A DNA stretch of 64,000 nt from Candidatus Azophilus sp. (GCA_965221755.1 OZ244921.1:2706334-2770333), one strand, 5' to 3'; counted from the stretch's first letter, positions 43,866 through 54,217 are shown. Notes: a model not told the origin generated them from the sequence alone. A program made the numbers and translations.

Positions 43866-44240
43866 ATGCTGGATTGGGAAAGGCTCAAGGACAGCGCCAA
43901 TGCCGATGGCGAGTTCCGGCTGCACGCGCGCTTTTGGACGTGTGCGCTGAAGATCGCGAACGGGCCGCACAGCACCCGCATCGACGTGCGGGACGGCGCG
44001 ATCAGCGCCATCGAGCCTTGGTTCGCCAACTTGGCGGGCGATCTGTCCATCAGCGCATCGGCCGCGGAATGGGAAGCCCTGCTGGCCCCGATCCCGCAGC
44101 CCTTTTACCAGGACCTCTACGCGGCGACGGTCCATCACGGCTTCACCGCCACGGGCAATCGAACGCACTTCTGCGCCTACTATCCGGCGTTGCGGCGCTT
44201 GGTGGAGTTGATGCGGGACGTGAAAGGCAAGGGAGCTTAA
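43866..44240 (+). CDS. hypothetical small protein (possibly SCP2-like)
   Basis: 124-aa ORF with good coding look, 3 nt upstream of the next hydrolase gene. No family recognised with confidence. Confidence 0.45.
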   Translation: MLDWERLKDSANADGEFRLHARFWTCALKIANGPHSTRIDVRDGAISAIEPWFANLAGDLSISASAAEWEALLAPIPQPFYQDLYAATVHHGFTATGNRTHFCAYYPALRRLVELMRDVKGKGA

Positions 44241-44243
44241 GCC

Positions 44244-45095
44244 ATGCGGGCAAGACTTGAATCGATCGTCGGCCGCTACCTGAACGCGCCGATCAACGGG
44301 CATGAATACCGCATCTACTTCGAGGAGGCGGGCAGCGGCATTCCTCTGCTGCTGCAGCACACGGCCGGGGCCGACGGTCGGCAATGGCGCTTCGTGCTGG
44401 AGGATGAGGAGCTTCAGGCCCGCTTCCGCATGATCGCCTACGACCTGCCCTTTCATGGCAAGTCCGTGCCTCCCGTCGGCAAGGCTTGGTGGCGCGAGGA
44501 GTACCGCCTGACCAAGGACTTCCTGATGGGCGTTCCGGTCACGCTGGCCGATGCCCTGGGCTGTGACAGCCCGGCCTACATGGGCAGCTCCATCGGCGGC
44601 CACTTGGCGGTGGACCTGGCCCTGCACCACGGCGAGCGCTTCCGCGCCGTGGTCGGCCTTGAAGCCTCGGCCTACACGCCGGGCGGCTTCATTGATGAAT
44701 TTTACCATCCGGAGATTTCAAACGACTTCAAGGCCAGCCTGATGTACGGCCTGATGGCGCCGACCAGCCCGGAGGCGCTGCGCCACGAGACCCGCTGGGT
44801 TTACAGCCAAGGCGCCCCGGCGGTCTTCAAGGGCGATCTCTACTACTACTCCATCGACCATGACCTGCGCGAGGATGCGGCCCGCATCGACACCAACCAA
44901 TGCTCGGTGGACATCCTGAACGGCGAGTACGACTGGAGCGGCACCCCGGAGCTCGGCGCCGAACTGGCCGCCCTGATCCCCGGCGCCCGCTACCGCACCA
45001 TGCAGGGTCTCGGCCATTTCCCGATGAGCGAGAACCCCGAGGCCTTCCTGCGCGAGATCAAGCCGGTGCTGGAGCGCATCGCGGGCGGACTTTAG
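44244..45095 (+). CDS. alpha/beta hydrolase
   Basis: 283 aa. IPLLLQHTAGADG, AYDLPFHGKS, nucleophile elbow YMGSSIGGH, C-terminal GLGHFPMSENPEAF. Confidence 0.75.
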   Translation: MRARLESIVGRYLNAPINGHEYRIYFEEAGSGIPLLLQHTAGADGRQWRFVLEDEELQARFRMIAYDLPFHGKSVPPVGKAWWREEYRLTKDFLMGVPVTLADALGCDSPAYMGSSIGGHLAVDLALHHGERFRAVVGLEASAYTPGGFIDEFYHPEISNDFKASLMYGLMAPTSPEALRHETRWVYSQGAPAVFKGDLYYYSIDHDLREDAARIDTNQCSVDILNGEYDWSGTPELGAELAALIPGARYRTMQGLGHFPMSENPEAFLREIKPVLERIAGGL

Positions 45096-45181
45096 CGCCC
45101 TTGCCAGTGCCATAAGGTCATCGAGCCGGCATCCACTCGACGGGAGGCTGTGTCAGAACCCATAGCTCGGATCGATCCGTC

Positions 45182-46420
45182 TCAAGTCAGGCTGCGCACC
45201 GCCCTTGACGCACACAGCAGCGCCGCCACCGCCAGCGCGAAGACCCCGCCGGCCACTTGCAGGGCCACCGCCACATTGGCCTGCTCGGCGATGAGGCTGA
45301 TGGGGATGACGCCCAATGGCATGAGTCCGTGGGACATCATGTCGATGCTTAAGATGCGCCCGCGCATGGCGGGGGTGATGCTGGTTTGCAGAAGGCCGCG
45401 GTTGAGGGACAGGTTCCAGGAGCCGAGCCAGCCGACCAGGGCGACCGCCGCCACCGCCCAGAGCTGGCTGTCAGCGGTTCCCACCAAGGCGGTGGCGCCG
45501 GCCCAGGCGATGCTGGTGCCGATCAGCCATCGGCCCTTGCCGCGCAGTTCGCCCATGGCCGCCATCATCAGCGAGCCGACGATGGCGCCGATGCCCATTG
45601 CTGACATCAACAGGCCAAGGTCGTCCGCGCCGCCGCTCAGGATGTCTTCGTTGTAGGCGGGCAGCAGCGTGTTGATCGGCATGCCGAACAGGAAAGGCAC
45701 GATGGATAGCAGGATGAGGCCGAGCACCGGCGGATTGGCCCACAGGTAGCGCAGGCCGTCGGCGATGTCGCGCAACGGGTGCTGGTCATCCGCCCGTGCG
45801 CCCAGGCGCTGCGGCGCCACCCGCCACATGGCCAGGGACGAGGCGAGGTACAGGGCTGCAATCATGAAGTAAACGATGCTGACGCCGAAGTGGGAGGCGG
45901 TGTCGCCGCCCGCCAACCAAGCGATGAGAAACCCGGCCATCGCCGGGCCGAGTATGCGGGACAGGTTCCAACTCGTGGTCGTCAGGCCCATCGCCGTGAA
46001 GATCAGCCGCTCCGGCACCAGCTCCGGCACCATGGCTTGGCGGGCGGGCATCGATAGCGCCAGCACGGTACCGTTGAAGAAGCCGAACCAGATGAAGTCC
46101 CAGAAGTCCACTTCGCCAACTAGGATGATGACGCCAAGCAGGACCGTCGCTGCGCCGTTCAAGCCTTGCGCCGCCATGATGATGCCGCGCTTGGGCACCC
46201 GGTCCGCCATCACCCCGCCCACGAGGGCGAAAGCGACCATTGGAATCATGAACGACAGCGTCACCCAAGCCAGGTCCAAGGCGGAGGACGTCAGCGCATA
46301 GACCAGCCACCCGCGGGCGACGATCTGCATGTTCATGGCGAACGACGAGGCGAGGCTGCCTATCCAGAGCCAGCGAAAGTCCGCCAGCGCCAGCGCCGCG
46401 CCCAGGTCACGGGTGGCCAA
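45182..46420 (-). CDS. MFS transporter
   Basis: 412 aa, 12-TM-like pattern, MADRVPKRG (motif A-like). Confidence 0.75.
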   Translation of the reverse strand: MATRDLGAALALADFRWLWIGSLASSFAMNMQIVARGWLVYALTSSALDLAWVTLSFMIPMVAFALVGGVMADRVPKRGIIMAAQGLNGAATVLLGVIILVGEVDFWDFIWFGFFNGTVLALSMPARQAMVPELVPERLIFTAMGLTTTSWNLSRILGPAMAGFLIAWLAGGDTASHFGVSIVYFMIAALYLASSLAMWRVAPQRLGARADDQHPLRDIADGLRYLWANPPVLGLILLSIVPFLFGMPINTLLPAYNEDILSGGADDLGLLMSAMGIGAIVGSLMMAAMGELRGKGRWLIGTSIAWAGATALVGTADSQLWAVAAVALVGWLGSWNLSLNRGLLQTSITPAMRGRILSIDMMSHGLMPLGVIPISLIAEQANVAVALQVAGGVFALAVAALLCASRAVRSLT

Positions 46421-46429
46421 AACAAAAAG

Positions 46430-47206
46430 CTAGGCGTTGCGGATGGTCAGTCCCCCATCCACGGGCAAAGCCACGCCGGTGATGAAGCTTGCCGCCGGCA
46501 GCACGAGGCTGAGCGTGCCGTGGGCCACCTCTTCGGGCTCGGCATAGCGCTTCAAGGCCACCCGACGGCGGGCGAACTCGCGCTTGTCGGCTTCGGCAAT
46601 GGCTTGGGTCATGCCAGTGCGAATGGGACCGGGGCAGATGCAGTTGACGGTGATGCCCTCGGCGCCGAGTTCCACCGCCAAGGATCGCGTCAAGCCGATG
46701 ACCCCGGTCTTGGCCGCCGTGTAGGGACTGCCGTACTTGGTGGCGCCCAAGCCTTCGGTGGAGGCGATGTTGACGATGCGCGGGTGCTCGGCTTGCCGCA
46801 AGTGCGGCAGGGCGGCGCGGATGGTGCGGGTGTGGGCGGTCAGCAGCACCGTGAGGGTCTTGCTCCAAGCGGCCTCGTAGTCCTCGCCGTCGATGGGCGA
46901 GAAGATGGAGATGCCGGCGTTGTTCACCAGAATGTCGATGCCGCCGAAGTGGCCGGCGATCTCAGCGAAGACCGCCTCAATGGCATCCGCATCCGCCAGA
47001 TCAAGCACCCAACCGCGCGCCGACTTGCCGTCGGCCTTGATCTCGCCCACCACCCTGGCCAGCGGCTCGCCGTTCAGGTCTATGGCCGCCACGCGGGCGC
47101 CCTCGTCGGCGAAGAGCTTCGCCGTCGCCTCGCCCATGCCGCTGGCGGCGCCGGTGACGACCGCGACCTTGCCGCTGATCGATCGGCTGAGCTTGATCAG
47201 TGCCAT
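46430..47206 (-). CDS. SDR family oxidoreductase
   Basis: VAVVTGAASGMG (TGxxxGxG), NNAG, YTAAKTGV (YxxxK). Confidence 0.85.
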   Translation of the reverse strand: MALIKLSRSISGKVAVVTGAASGMGEATAKLFADEGARVAAIDLNGEPLARVVGEIKADGKSARGWVLDLADADAIEAVFAEIAGHFGGIDILVNNAGISIFSPIDGEDYEAAWSKTLTVLLTAHTRTIRAALPHLRQAEHPRIVNIASTEGLGATKYGSPYTAAKTGVIGLTRSLAVELGAEGITVNCICPGPIRTGMTQAIAEADKREFARRRVALKRYAEPEEVAHGTLSLVLPAASFITGVALPVDGGLTIRNA

Positions 47207-47257
47207 GCTGGTCTCTTGAGCAAAACGACTAACTTAGGCAGCCTTGGGCAGGATTGC

Positions 47258-47350
47258 AATTGCGCGACCTGACGGTCGCGGATGGAGTTTCGCTTACCGC
47301 GAAACTCCGCGCTCTCCGCGCAGGCAGGATTCCGACATGTTTCCGAACCC
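47258..47350 (+). repeat. REP/MITE-like element family A
   Basis: CGCGACCtgacGGTCGCG + GGAGTTTCGCttacCGCGAAACTCC (47284-47308) + ...GGATTCCGACATGTTTCCGAA. The first ~55 nt are almost identical to the 30768 copy. Confidence 0.8.
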
Positions 47351-47590
47351 CCACATTGCCTCCAGATGGGCAGCCTCGATGCCCAATGTGTGGTAGCCGT
47401 CAGCGACTGTTTGATGGAAGCCCGCCGGTATGTCCAGCTTGCCTATGGCGGACTTGATCGCGCATTCCCACAGCGTGGCCACGCTCACGTGCCAGTCGTG
47501 GTCGGCCGATTTCAGAATGGCCAGCATGTGATCCGACAATCTGTCGGGAGCCGACCGGGCCCAGAGCAGTGTATGGGTGTCGAGAAGGCA
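47294..47590 (-). pseudogene. VapC-like PIN toxin remnant (no in-frame start; 3' end replaced by the repeat element)
   Basis: Own translation: CLLDTHTLLWARSAPDRLSDHMLAILKSADHDWHVSVATLWECAIKSAIGKLDIP..GIEAAHLEAMWGFGNMSESCLRGERGVSR*. I find no ATG/GTG/TTG in frame upstream of CLLDTH. The last ~19 codons are family-A repeat sequence. Confidence 0.55.
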
Positions 47591-47838
47591 TCTCGCTTGA
47601 GCGCCGCAATGCCCATCGCCGCCGCGATGTCGGGGGGCCAGGAGTCGAAATCGTCAGCGATGCGTATCCGGCCCTTCAGGTCGCCGAGCGGAGGAACGCG
47701 GCCGCGCGGCTCGTAACGGGTGATCCTGACAGCGGGCGCACCCATGCGCGTGATCACGAACTCCTCGCCATCGACCGTCTTTTTGACGATCTCGGAAAGA
47801 CGCGCCTTGGCATCGCTGAGCGTAACGACGGACTCCAC
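47512..47838 (-). CDS. Phd/YefM-type antitoxin (3' end possibly extended by read-through into the toxin gene)
   Basis: From GTG 47838 (AGGGG upstream): VESVVTLSDAKARLSEIVKKTVDGEEFVITRMGAPAVRITRYEP... Confidence 0.6.
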   Translation of the reverse strand: MESVVTLSDAKARLSEIVKKTVDGEEFVITRMGAPAVRITRYEPRGRVPPLGDLKGRIRIADDFDSWPPDIAAAMGIAALKRDAFSTPIHCSGPGRLPTDCRITCWPF

Positions 47839-47908
47839 AGTACGGCCCCTATGGTCTGACCGAGTCCGACTACAGCATGAGCGGCGATTTTCCTCCACGC
47901 CTTGGCGT

Positions 47909-49564
47909 TCAGGGATTCCCGTTGGATTGCCCATCGGCTGTGCCGGCTCCCCTGCGCCCATCGTCAAGCATCACCATCGGCGGCGCCGCAAAGACGGCCG
48001 TGGAGGAGCCGGGGCCCAAATCGACCACGGCGCCGCTGGGGGCCATCATCAAGGGCATTGGCATGAAGCTCCCGGGGCGGCTCGCTGGCGAGCTGGCGCG
48101 CGCTTCCAGCACCGCCTTGCGGTCCAGGCCGTGCTCGCGACCGAGGCGGAGCGCTTCGTTCTCGTCTTCCAAGTGACCCAACAGCGCCTGCAGAGGCGCA
48201 TTGCGGATTTCGGGATCCTCGATCTGGCCGATGGCTTCAATGGCCCGTTGCGAATCCAAGTGCGCCAGCCCCAAGGCAATCGATCCGAGCGCTTGATCCC
48301 GAGTTGGCCCGGGCGCGAGGTCGAGCGTCTGATTGATCGCCCGGTCCGGATCGATCTGCGCCCATATGGGCGCGACCATGGCGATGAGTTGCTCGCGTTG
48401 GGATGGATCCCGGATGGTCTCAATGGCGGCCATTGCGGCGTCGGGATCCCGCATGGCCATCATCGGCAGGAGGTTTGCGTAGCCGTTCATCCGTGCCGCC
48501 GGCGGCATCGACTCGATCAAGGACAAAGCGGCGCCGAGATCATCCTGGACGATGCCTTGGGCAACGATCAGCGCCAGGCCTGAGTGGTCTGGCCTGCCCT
48601 CGAAGTCCGCGACCCACGCCAACCTATCCGGGTTCGGCAAGTGCTGGACCGCGCTGGCGAGCCCTTCCAAAAATCCCCGCCGCTGAGTGCCTGACAAGGT
48701 GGCGGCAAAAGCGTTGGCGCTGTGGAAATCGGCCATCCCCCAGAGTTGGGCCAAATGGGCGAACCGATGCCGGGCGGCCAGAGCGCCTTGGTTGCCGAGC
48801 CAATGCGCCGTGGCAAGCGGGTCGGATTGCGCCCATTGGGCGATCAGCGCGTCGATTGCGGGCTCCCGTTCAGATGTCGGCAGGCCGTCCACCAGCGCTG
48901 CGGCGCCGACGGGATCGCTTGCCGCCATTCGGGACACCAGCCTGAGCAAGCGCGGCATGCGCCGCATCGGGCTTGGTTCGGCGAGGATGGACTCGACTTC
49001 CGCGTAGGCGTCCGCTGCGGTGATTGGCTGGTCGAACCTGCTGATTGGATGCGCCCCAAGCACCCCTGCGCCTGATTGCAGGTCAAGCAAGGCGGCCTGC
49101 GTCAAATTCCGGCTTAGGGCGGCGATGGCGTCGGCGTCCGTCCGGGCTGGCCCATAAGCTTCCGCAACGCCTGCCAGCAGCGAAGGGTCTTGGCTGAAGA
49201 TGTCGGGATCGACCACGAGCGCGACCCGCGTCATCGCGTCAACCACCTCGGCCAGCTTGGGATCGTCCCGCGCTTCGCGCAGGGCCGCCGCCCCCTCCTC
49301 GGCCAGCCAGGCGTGCATCGCCCGTTGCGTGGCCCGATGCCGCTCCCCGTCGGGCAATTGCAGCGCCCGCAGCAGGTCTGTGCGCGGATCTCGGCGCCTG
49401 GCGGCGCCTGACCGTTCCGGCCGGGGCACCGAAGCGCTCGGCAGGCTCGGCTGCGCAGGCGTTGGGCCGGTGAGTTGGTGGCTTGGGGCACTGACCCGGC
49501 CAGCAAGGAAAGCCATTGCCGCAACAGCCATCGTCAAGCCGCAAACCGCCAAGTTGCGCATCAT
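47909..49564 (-). CDS. membrane-anchored alpha-helical repeat protein, unknown function
   Basis: From ATG 49564: MMRNLAVCGLTMAVAAMAFLAGRV anchor, then recurring ...DP..A..W/L.. helical repeat units (SDPVGAAALV, SDPLATAHWL, RDPDAAMAAIETIRDP, IDPDRAINQTL, LDSQRAIEAIGQIEDP). The track ORF is extended to 49786. Confidence 0.55.
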   Translation of the reverse strand: MMRNLAVCGLTMAVAAMAFLAGRVSAPSHQLTGPTPAQPSLPSASVPRPERSGAARRRDPRTDLLRALQLPDGERHRATQRAMHAWLAEEGAAALREARDDPKLAEVVDAMTRVALVVDPDIFSQDPSLLAGVAEAYGPARTDADAIAALSRNLTQAALLDLQSGAGVLGAHPISRFDQPITAADAYAEVESILAEPSPMRRMPRLLRLVSRMAASDPVGAAALVDGLPTSEREPAIDALIAQWAQSDPLATAHWLGNQGALAARHRFAHLAQLWGMADFHSANAFAATLSGTQRRGFLEGLASAVQHLPNPDRLAWVADFEGRPDHSGLALIVAQGIVQDDLGAALSLIESMPPAARMNGYANLLPMMAMRDPDAAMAAIETIRDPSQREQLIAMVAPIWAQIDPDRAINQTLDLAPGPTRDQALGSIALGLAHLDSQRAIEAIGQIEDPEIRNAPLQALLGHLEDENEALRLGREHGLDRKAVLEARASSPASRPGSFMPMPLMMAPSGAVVDLGPGSSTAVFAAPPMVMLDDGRRGAGTADGQSNGNP

Positions 49565-50344
49565 GGCCAAGGCTCCGATTATTGGTGGGCAGGGGCGCTC
49601 CTTCCTGGCCGATGATAGCGCATCGGCCAGAAGGAAGGGCGTAGGCATTGCGGCCATCAACGGTGGCCTGCTGCGCCGATGCCCGATTCGGCGCATGGCC
49701 GCCATGAGATCCCGCCAGGAATGCATCTCCTCAACCGCGTTCAGTGGTTGCGGACTTGGGTGCGGTCTCTCCCGCCGTCCCACCACTGAGCAGGTGGCGC
49801 AGACGCTAGGCCAAGGCGAGCGTCAAAGCCTCATTTCGTCTTGGGGGCTGCTGGACTTCCCGAACGTGGAGGCCGCGTCGAGTGTTTCCGGCACTGGGAA
49901 AACCGATCCGCGTTCGAGCAGGGCTGAGCCGCATCCTTCACCTCCAAGTCACCAGCGCTGCGGCCATGAGCTGCTGAAAGTTCCGCATCCTCCGTTCGCT
50001 CAACGGCTCCATGACGATCGGCCCGGCCGGCAACGCTTGTTCTCCCTGAGACTCCTTGCAGCGCCATTAGTTCCGTCATTGTCAGTTGCTGCATGGGGGG
50101 CCTCCCAGTCCGTGGTTGGCATGGGTGCGTTGGGAGGCCGAAACCCTACCCCCTGTCAAGGCGCCTGTCGTCGCTTGTCGTTGGAGCGTCGGCAAAGCCA
50201 TGCTCGGTTCCGTGCCGCCAACACCCCAAAAGCCATCGGGGCATGGCGCGTGCCGCCGGTTCTGGAAGTGGTGCAGGTAGGGGGACGCAAGCGGGAGAGT
50301 TGGCCAGAAAGCCAGCAACGGCAAGGATTTTCAGGGAAACGGAA

Positions 50345-50460
50345 AGCTGCGGATTTCTGAGCCTGCGCCCCCGCTTTGCGGGTGCGGTTGGAGTTTCCCT
50401 GGCGCGAAACTCCGCGCTCGTTGGTTGGGCCAAGTTCCGATGTTTTCTGAGCCTGCGGGA
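50345..50460 (+). repeat. REP/MITE-like element family A (with duplicated TTCTGAGCCTGCG end)
   Basis: GGAGTTTCCCtggcGCGAAACTCC (50390-50412). TTCTGAGCCTGCG occurs at both 50355 and 50446. Confidence 0.7.
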
Positions 50461-50465
50461 TGGTC

Positions 50466-53400
50466 TCAGCGCAATCCGGCCTCGGTTTCCGCTGCAACTA
50501 GGCGCCGCTCCATCTTTGCCACCGAAATCACGCCTTTTTTTGCCAGCGCCTCGGCGAACAGCGCCACCCGCAGCTCCTCCAGGCCGAAGTGCAGTTCGCG
50601 CCACTTCCCCTCGGGGTGGCGTTTTGATTCGCCAAGCCGGGAAAGGCGCGCCGCGAAGGCCTTGACTTGGGCCATGCGCGCCGCGTCGCGTTGCGCATGG
50701 CCCTGGAGTTTGGCCAGGCGATGGTCGGCGGCCCGAAGGAACCGGGCCAGATCGGGCAGCCGCTGGGTGGGGGTGCGCTGCAGCAGGTCGGGGGGCGTCA
50801 GCGCCTGCACTTGGCCGATCACATCGTCGCGGGCGGCGCTGAAGGCGGCGGAGGTCAAGCCTTGCGCGCGGGCGACGACTTGGGCCCGGGCTTGCAGAAT
50901 GTCCCCAAGGTGGCTGACGGTCTCGGTGAAGGCATCGGCGAGCCTTGGCCGCTCGGCCTTGAGCAGCGCGTCGTAGGTAGCCTTCGTGGCGGGCAGGGGT
51001 CGGTTCTCAAAATAGCAGCGCCAAGCCGCCGCCAGCATGACGGAGTTGACCAGCTGTCGGGTTCCGCCGATCGCCGAGGCATGCATCACGAGGGCCGGCG
51101 CCTTGAGGATCTCGCGCTCGAAGAAACGCCGCGGCTTGCCCAGGACGAGCCAAGCCAGACGAGGATAGCCGGCTCGGTTGGCCTCGGCTTGCTCCGCGCG
51201 GGTGGCTTCGATTCGCAAGTCCACCGCGTCGCCCCGGTCAACGAGCGCTGGATAGCCCGCCAAGGCGTCGGCGCCGGCGCCCAGCGCCGCCTCAGCCGGC
51301 ACGCCCTGATCGGGGAAGGCGGTGAGGCCGTCGCGTTCGAGCGGGCGGGCGAACCCTCCGGCAACTTGCGCCTGGGCCTGCTTGACGAACCGCCGCTGCA
51401 GGGTTGCCAGTTCCCGGCCTTGGGCGAGCAGCCCGCCGCGCCCGTCGATGACGCGGACGTTCATCAGCAAATGCGTCGGAACCTGCGCCCGGCTCCAAGC
51501 CGAAGGCGCGATGCGCACGCCAAGCTGGCGCGCCACGATGTCGGCCAACGCCGCTCGAAAGGGGCTTTGTCGGTAGCGGTCCGGAGCGGCCAGAGCGGGC
51601 GTGATTCGCTGCGCGGCTTGGGCGATGGGGGCGAGCTGCCGGCGCATCGCCTTGGGCAGGCTGCGCAGCCAAGCTTCCACCAGCCTCGGCAGGCAACCGG
51701 GCACCGTCCATTCCAGGGCCTCCCCGTCGATGGCTTGCAGGATGCCCAAGGGCACGTCCACGTTGACGCCGTCGTCGGCCTCGCCCGGTGCGAAGCGGTA
51801 GTGCAGGCGCAGTTCGGTTCCGGCCAGCTGGAGCCGTGCCGGATAGTCGTCGGGCGCGGCGCTGGCATTGCCGCTCAGCAGATCGTCGCGGGCCATTCTT
51901 AAGCTGCCGTCGGCGCGCTCGCCGCCTTGATCGAGCCAGTTTCGCAGCGCCCGCAGGCCGGTCACGCGCGCCGGCAGCCGTTGGTCGTAGAAGGCGCATT
52001 GATCGGCCTCGGATGCCAGCAGGTCCCGCCGCCTTTCCCGCTCCTCCCAATCGAGAATTTCGGCGGCCAAGAGCCGGTTGTGCTTCAGGAACGGGAGGGA
52101 GGCGTCCTCGTCCAAGCCGCCGCCGACCAAGCCGTCGCGAATGAGCATTTGCCGGGCCGCCGCCCCGTCAATGGGGGCGTAGCGCACCGGGCGTCGCTCA
52201 ACGATCCTCAGGCCGTAGAGCAGCACCGTCTCAAATGCCATCGCCTCGCCGCGCTTGACGCTCCACTGCGGGTCGCTGTAGGTGCGGCGCAGCAGGTGGC
52301 TGGCGGCCGTCTCCAGCCAGCGCGCTTCGATGGCGGCGGCGTGGCGCGCATAGACCCTTTGGGTTTCGCTCACTGCCGCCGCCATGATCCACGGCGGCGT
52401 GCGGCCGGCCAAGCAGGAACCCGGAAAAATCCGCAGCTTCAGATGGCGCGCGCCGAGGTAGGCGCCCCGCTCCTCATGCCGGGCCACGAGGCTCAAGGCC
52501 CCCTGCAGCAGGGCCCGGTGGATGTCGGCGTAGTCGGCGGCCCTTGGGTTGAGCCGCAGCCCAAGCTCCTGCTGCACCGTCAGCAGTTGGCGATGCACCT
52601 CGCGCCACTCCCTAACCCGCGCCGGGCTGAGGAAGGCCGATTTCAGCGCTGCCGTGAAGGCGCGGCGGGTGGCGCCTTGGCGGGTCTTCTCCAGCCAAGC
52701 CCACAAGTTGAGGATGGCCATGAAATCGGAGCGCTGGTCGGCGAAGGCGGCGTGGGCTTGATCCGCTTGGGCGCTGGCGTTCAATGGCCGTTCCCGCGGG
52801 TCGGGGACGGCCAGTGCCGCGACGATGATGCCGACCTCGCGCAGCGCTCCGAACTTGGCGGCGGCGATGAGCATGCGGCCGAGGCGGGGGTCCAACGGCA
52901 AGCGGGCCATGGCCCGGCCCTGCGCGGTGAGCTTGCCGTCGATCAGGGCGCCGAGTTCGTGCAGCAGCGTCAGGGCATCCTTGACCGCCTTGGGTTCGGG
53001 AGGATCGAGAAACGGGAAGCGCTCGATGTCGCCGAGGCCGAACGCCCGCATTTGCAGCACTGCCGAGGCGAGGTTCACCCGCTTGATTTCCGGGTCGGCG
53101 TAGGCCGGGCGCCCTGCGTGGTCCGCCTCGGTGTAGAGGCGAATGCAGAGCCCCGGGCCGATGCGTCCGCAACGGCCCCGGCGCTGGTCGGCGCTGGCTT
53201 GGGAGATGGGTTCGATGGGCAGCTGCTGCAGCTTGGAGCGGTAGCTGTAGCGGTTGACGCGGGCCTTGCCGGGGTCCACGACGAAGCCGATGTTGGGCAC
53301 GGTGATCGAGGTCTCCGCGACGTTGGTGGCGAGCACGATGCGCCGCGCGGCACCTGGTTGAAACGCCCGCTGCTGGTCGTTCGCGGAAAGGCGGGCGTAG

Positions 53401-54197
53401 AGCGGCAGAATGTCAAAGCGGCCGGCCAGCGCCTTGCGCAGAAACTTTGCCGACTCGAATATCTCCCGCTCGCCGGTCTGGAAGACGAGCAGGTCCTGGG
53501 CGGCGCGCCGGGGCGCCGCCTCAATCACCTTGATGGCCCGGAGCAGGTCGGCCTGCTCGTCCTCGCCTGGTTCCAAGTGGCGGGTCTCGACCGGATGGCC
53601 GCGGCCGCTCACCTGAATGACCGGGGCATCGCCAAAGTGCTGCGCGAAGCGGTCCACATCAATGGTTGCGCTGGTGATGATGAGCTTCAGGTCCCGGCGC
53701 CTGGGGAGCAGTTGCTTCAGGTAGCCGAGCAGGAAGTCGATGTTCAGGCTGCGCTCGTGGGCCTCGTCCACGATGATGGCTTCGTACCGGGAAAGCCTGC
53801 GGTCACGACGGATCTCGCTGAGCAGCAAGCCGTCGGTCATTACCTTGATGGCGGTCGATTCCGCCACCCGGTCGGTGAAGCGCACCGCAAAGCCGACCTC
53901 TTGGCCGAGCTCGACCTTGAGCTCCTCGGCGATGCGCTGCGCAGTGGTCCGGGCGGCAATGCGCCGCGGTTGGGTGTGGCCGATCAGGGCCTTGCGGCCC
54001 AAACCTGCCCGCAGGCAGACTTTTGGCAGTTGGGTGGTCTTGCCGGAGCCGGTTTCGCCGGCCACGACCACCACTTGGCGAAGCGTCAGGGCGTCCGCGA
54101 TTTCCGCCGCGTGCCGGCTGATCGGCAGCTCTTCGGGAAAGTCAACGGCCGGCGTCCAAGCCCGCCTCGTGGGTGGCGCTGCGGGTGCGTTGGGCAT
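50466..54197 (-). CDS. hrpA: ATP-dependent RNA helicase HrpA
   Basis: From ATG 54197: MPNAP...VVVVAGETGSGKTTQLPK, IIVDEAHERS, ITSATID, QRRGRCGR, and a long HrpA-specific C-terminal region. The track ORF is extended to 54647. Confidence 0.92.
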   Translation of the reverse strand: MPNAPAAPPTRRAWTPAVDFPEELPISRHAAEIADALTLRQVVVVAGETGSGKTTQLPKVCLRAGLGRKALIGHTQPRRIAARTTAQRIAEELKVELGQEVGFAVRFTDRVAESTAIKVMTDGLLLSEIRRDRRLSRYEAIIVDEAHERSLNIDFLLGYLKQLLPRRRDLKLIITSATIDVDRFAQHFGDAPVIQVSGRGHPVETRHLEPGEDEQADLLRAIKVIEAAPRRAAQDLLVFQTGEREIFESAKFLRKALAGRFDILPLYARLSANDQQRAFQPGAARRIVLATNVAETSITVPNIGFVVDPGKARVNRYSYRSKLQQLPIEPISQASADQRRGRCGRIGPGLCIRLYTEADHAGRPAYADPEIKRVNLASAVLQMRAFGLGDIERFPFLDPPEPKAVKDALTLLHELGALIDGKLTAQGRAMARLPLDPRLGRMLIAAAKFGALREVGIIVAALAVPDPRERPLNASAQADQAHAAFADQRSDFMAILNLWAWLEKTRQGATRRAFTAALKSAFLSPARVREWREVHRQLLTVQQELGLRLNPRAADYADIHRALLQGALSLVARHEERGAYLGARHLKLRIFPGSCLAGRTPPWIMAAAVSETQRVYARHAAAIEARWLETAASHLLRRTYSDPQWSVKRGEAMAFETVLLYGLRIVERRPVRYAPIDGAAARQMLIRDGLVGGGLDEDASLPFLKHNRLLAAEILDWEERERRRDLLASEADQCAFYDQRLPARVTGLRALRNWLDQGGERADGSLRMARDDLLSGNASAAPDDYPARLQLAGTELRLHYRFAPGEADDGVNVDVPLGILQAIDGEALEWTVPGCLPRLVEAWLRSLPKAMRRQLAPIAQAAQRITPALAAPDRYRQSPFRAALADIVARQLGVRIAPSAWSRAQVPTHLLMNVRVIDGRGGLLAQGRELATLQRRFVKQAQAQVAGGFARPLERDGLTAFPDQGVPAEAALGAGADALAGYPALVDRGDAVDLRIEATRAEQAEANRAGYPRLAWLVLGKPRRFFEREILKAPALVMHASAIGGTRQLVNSVMLAAAWRCYFENRPLPATKATYDALLKAERPRLADAFTETVSHLGDILQARAQVVARAQGLTSAAFSAARDDVIGQVQALTPPDLLQRTPTQRLPDLARFLRAADHRLAKLQGHAQRDAARMAQVKAFAARLSRLGESKRHPEGKWRELHFGLEELRVALFAEALAKKGVISVAKMERRLVAAETEAGLR

Positions 54198-54217
54198 CGG
54201 TCCGACCGCTTCGGCCG

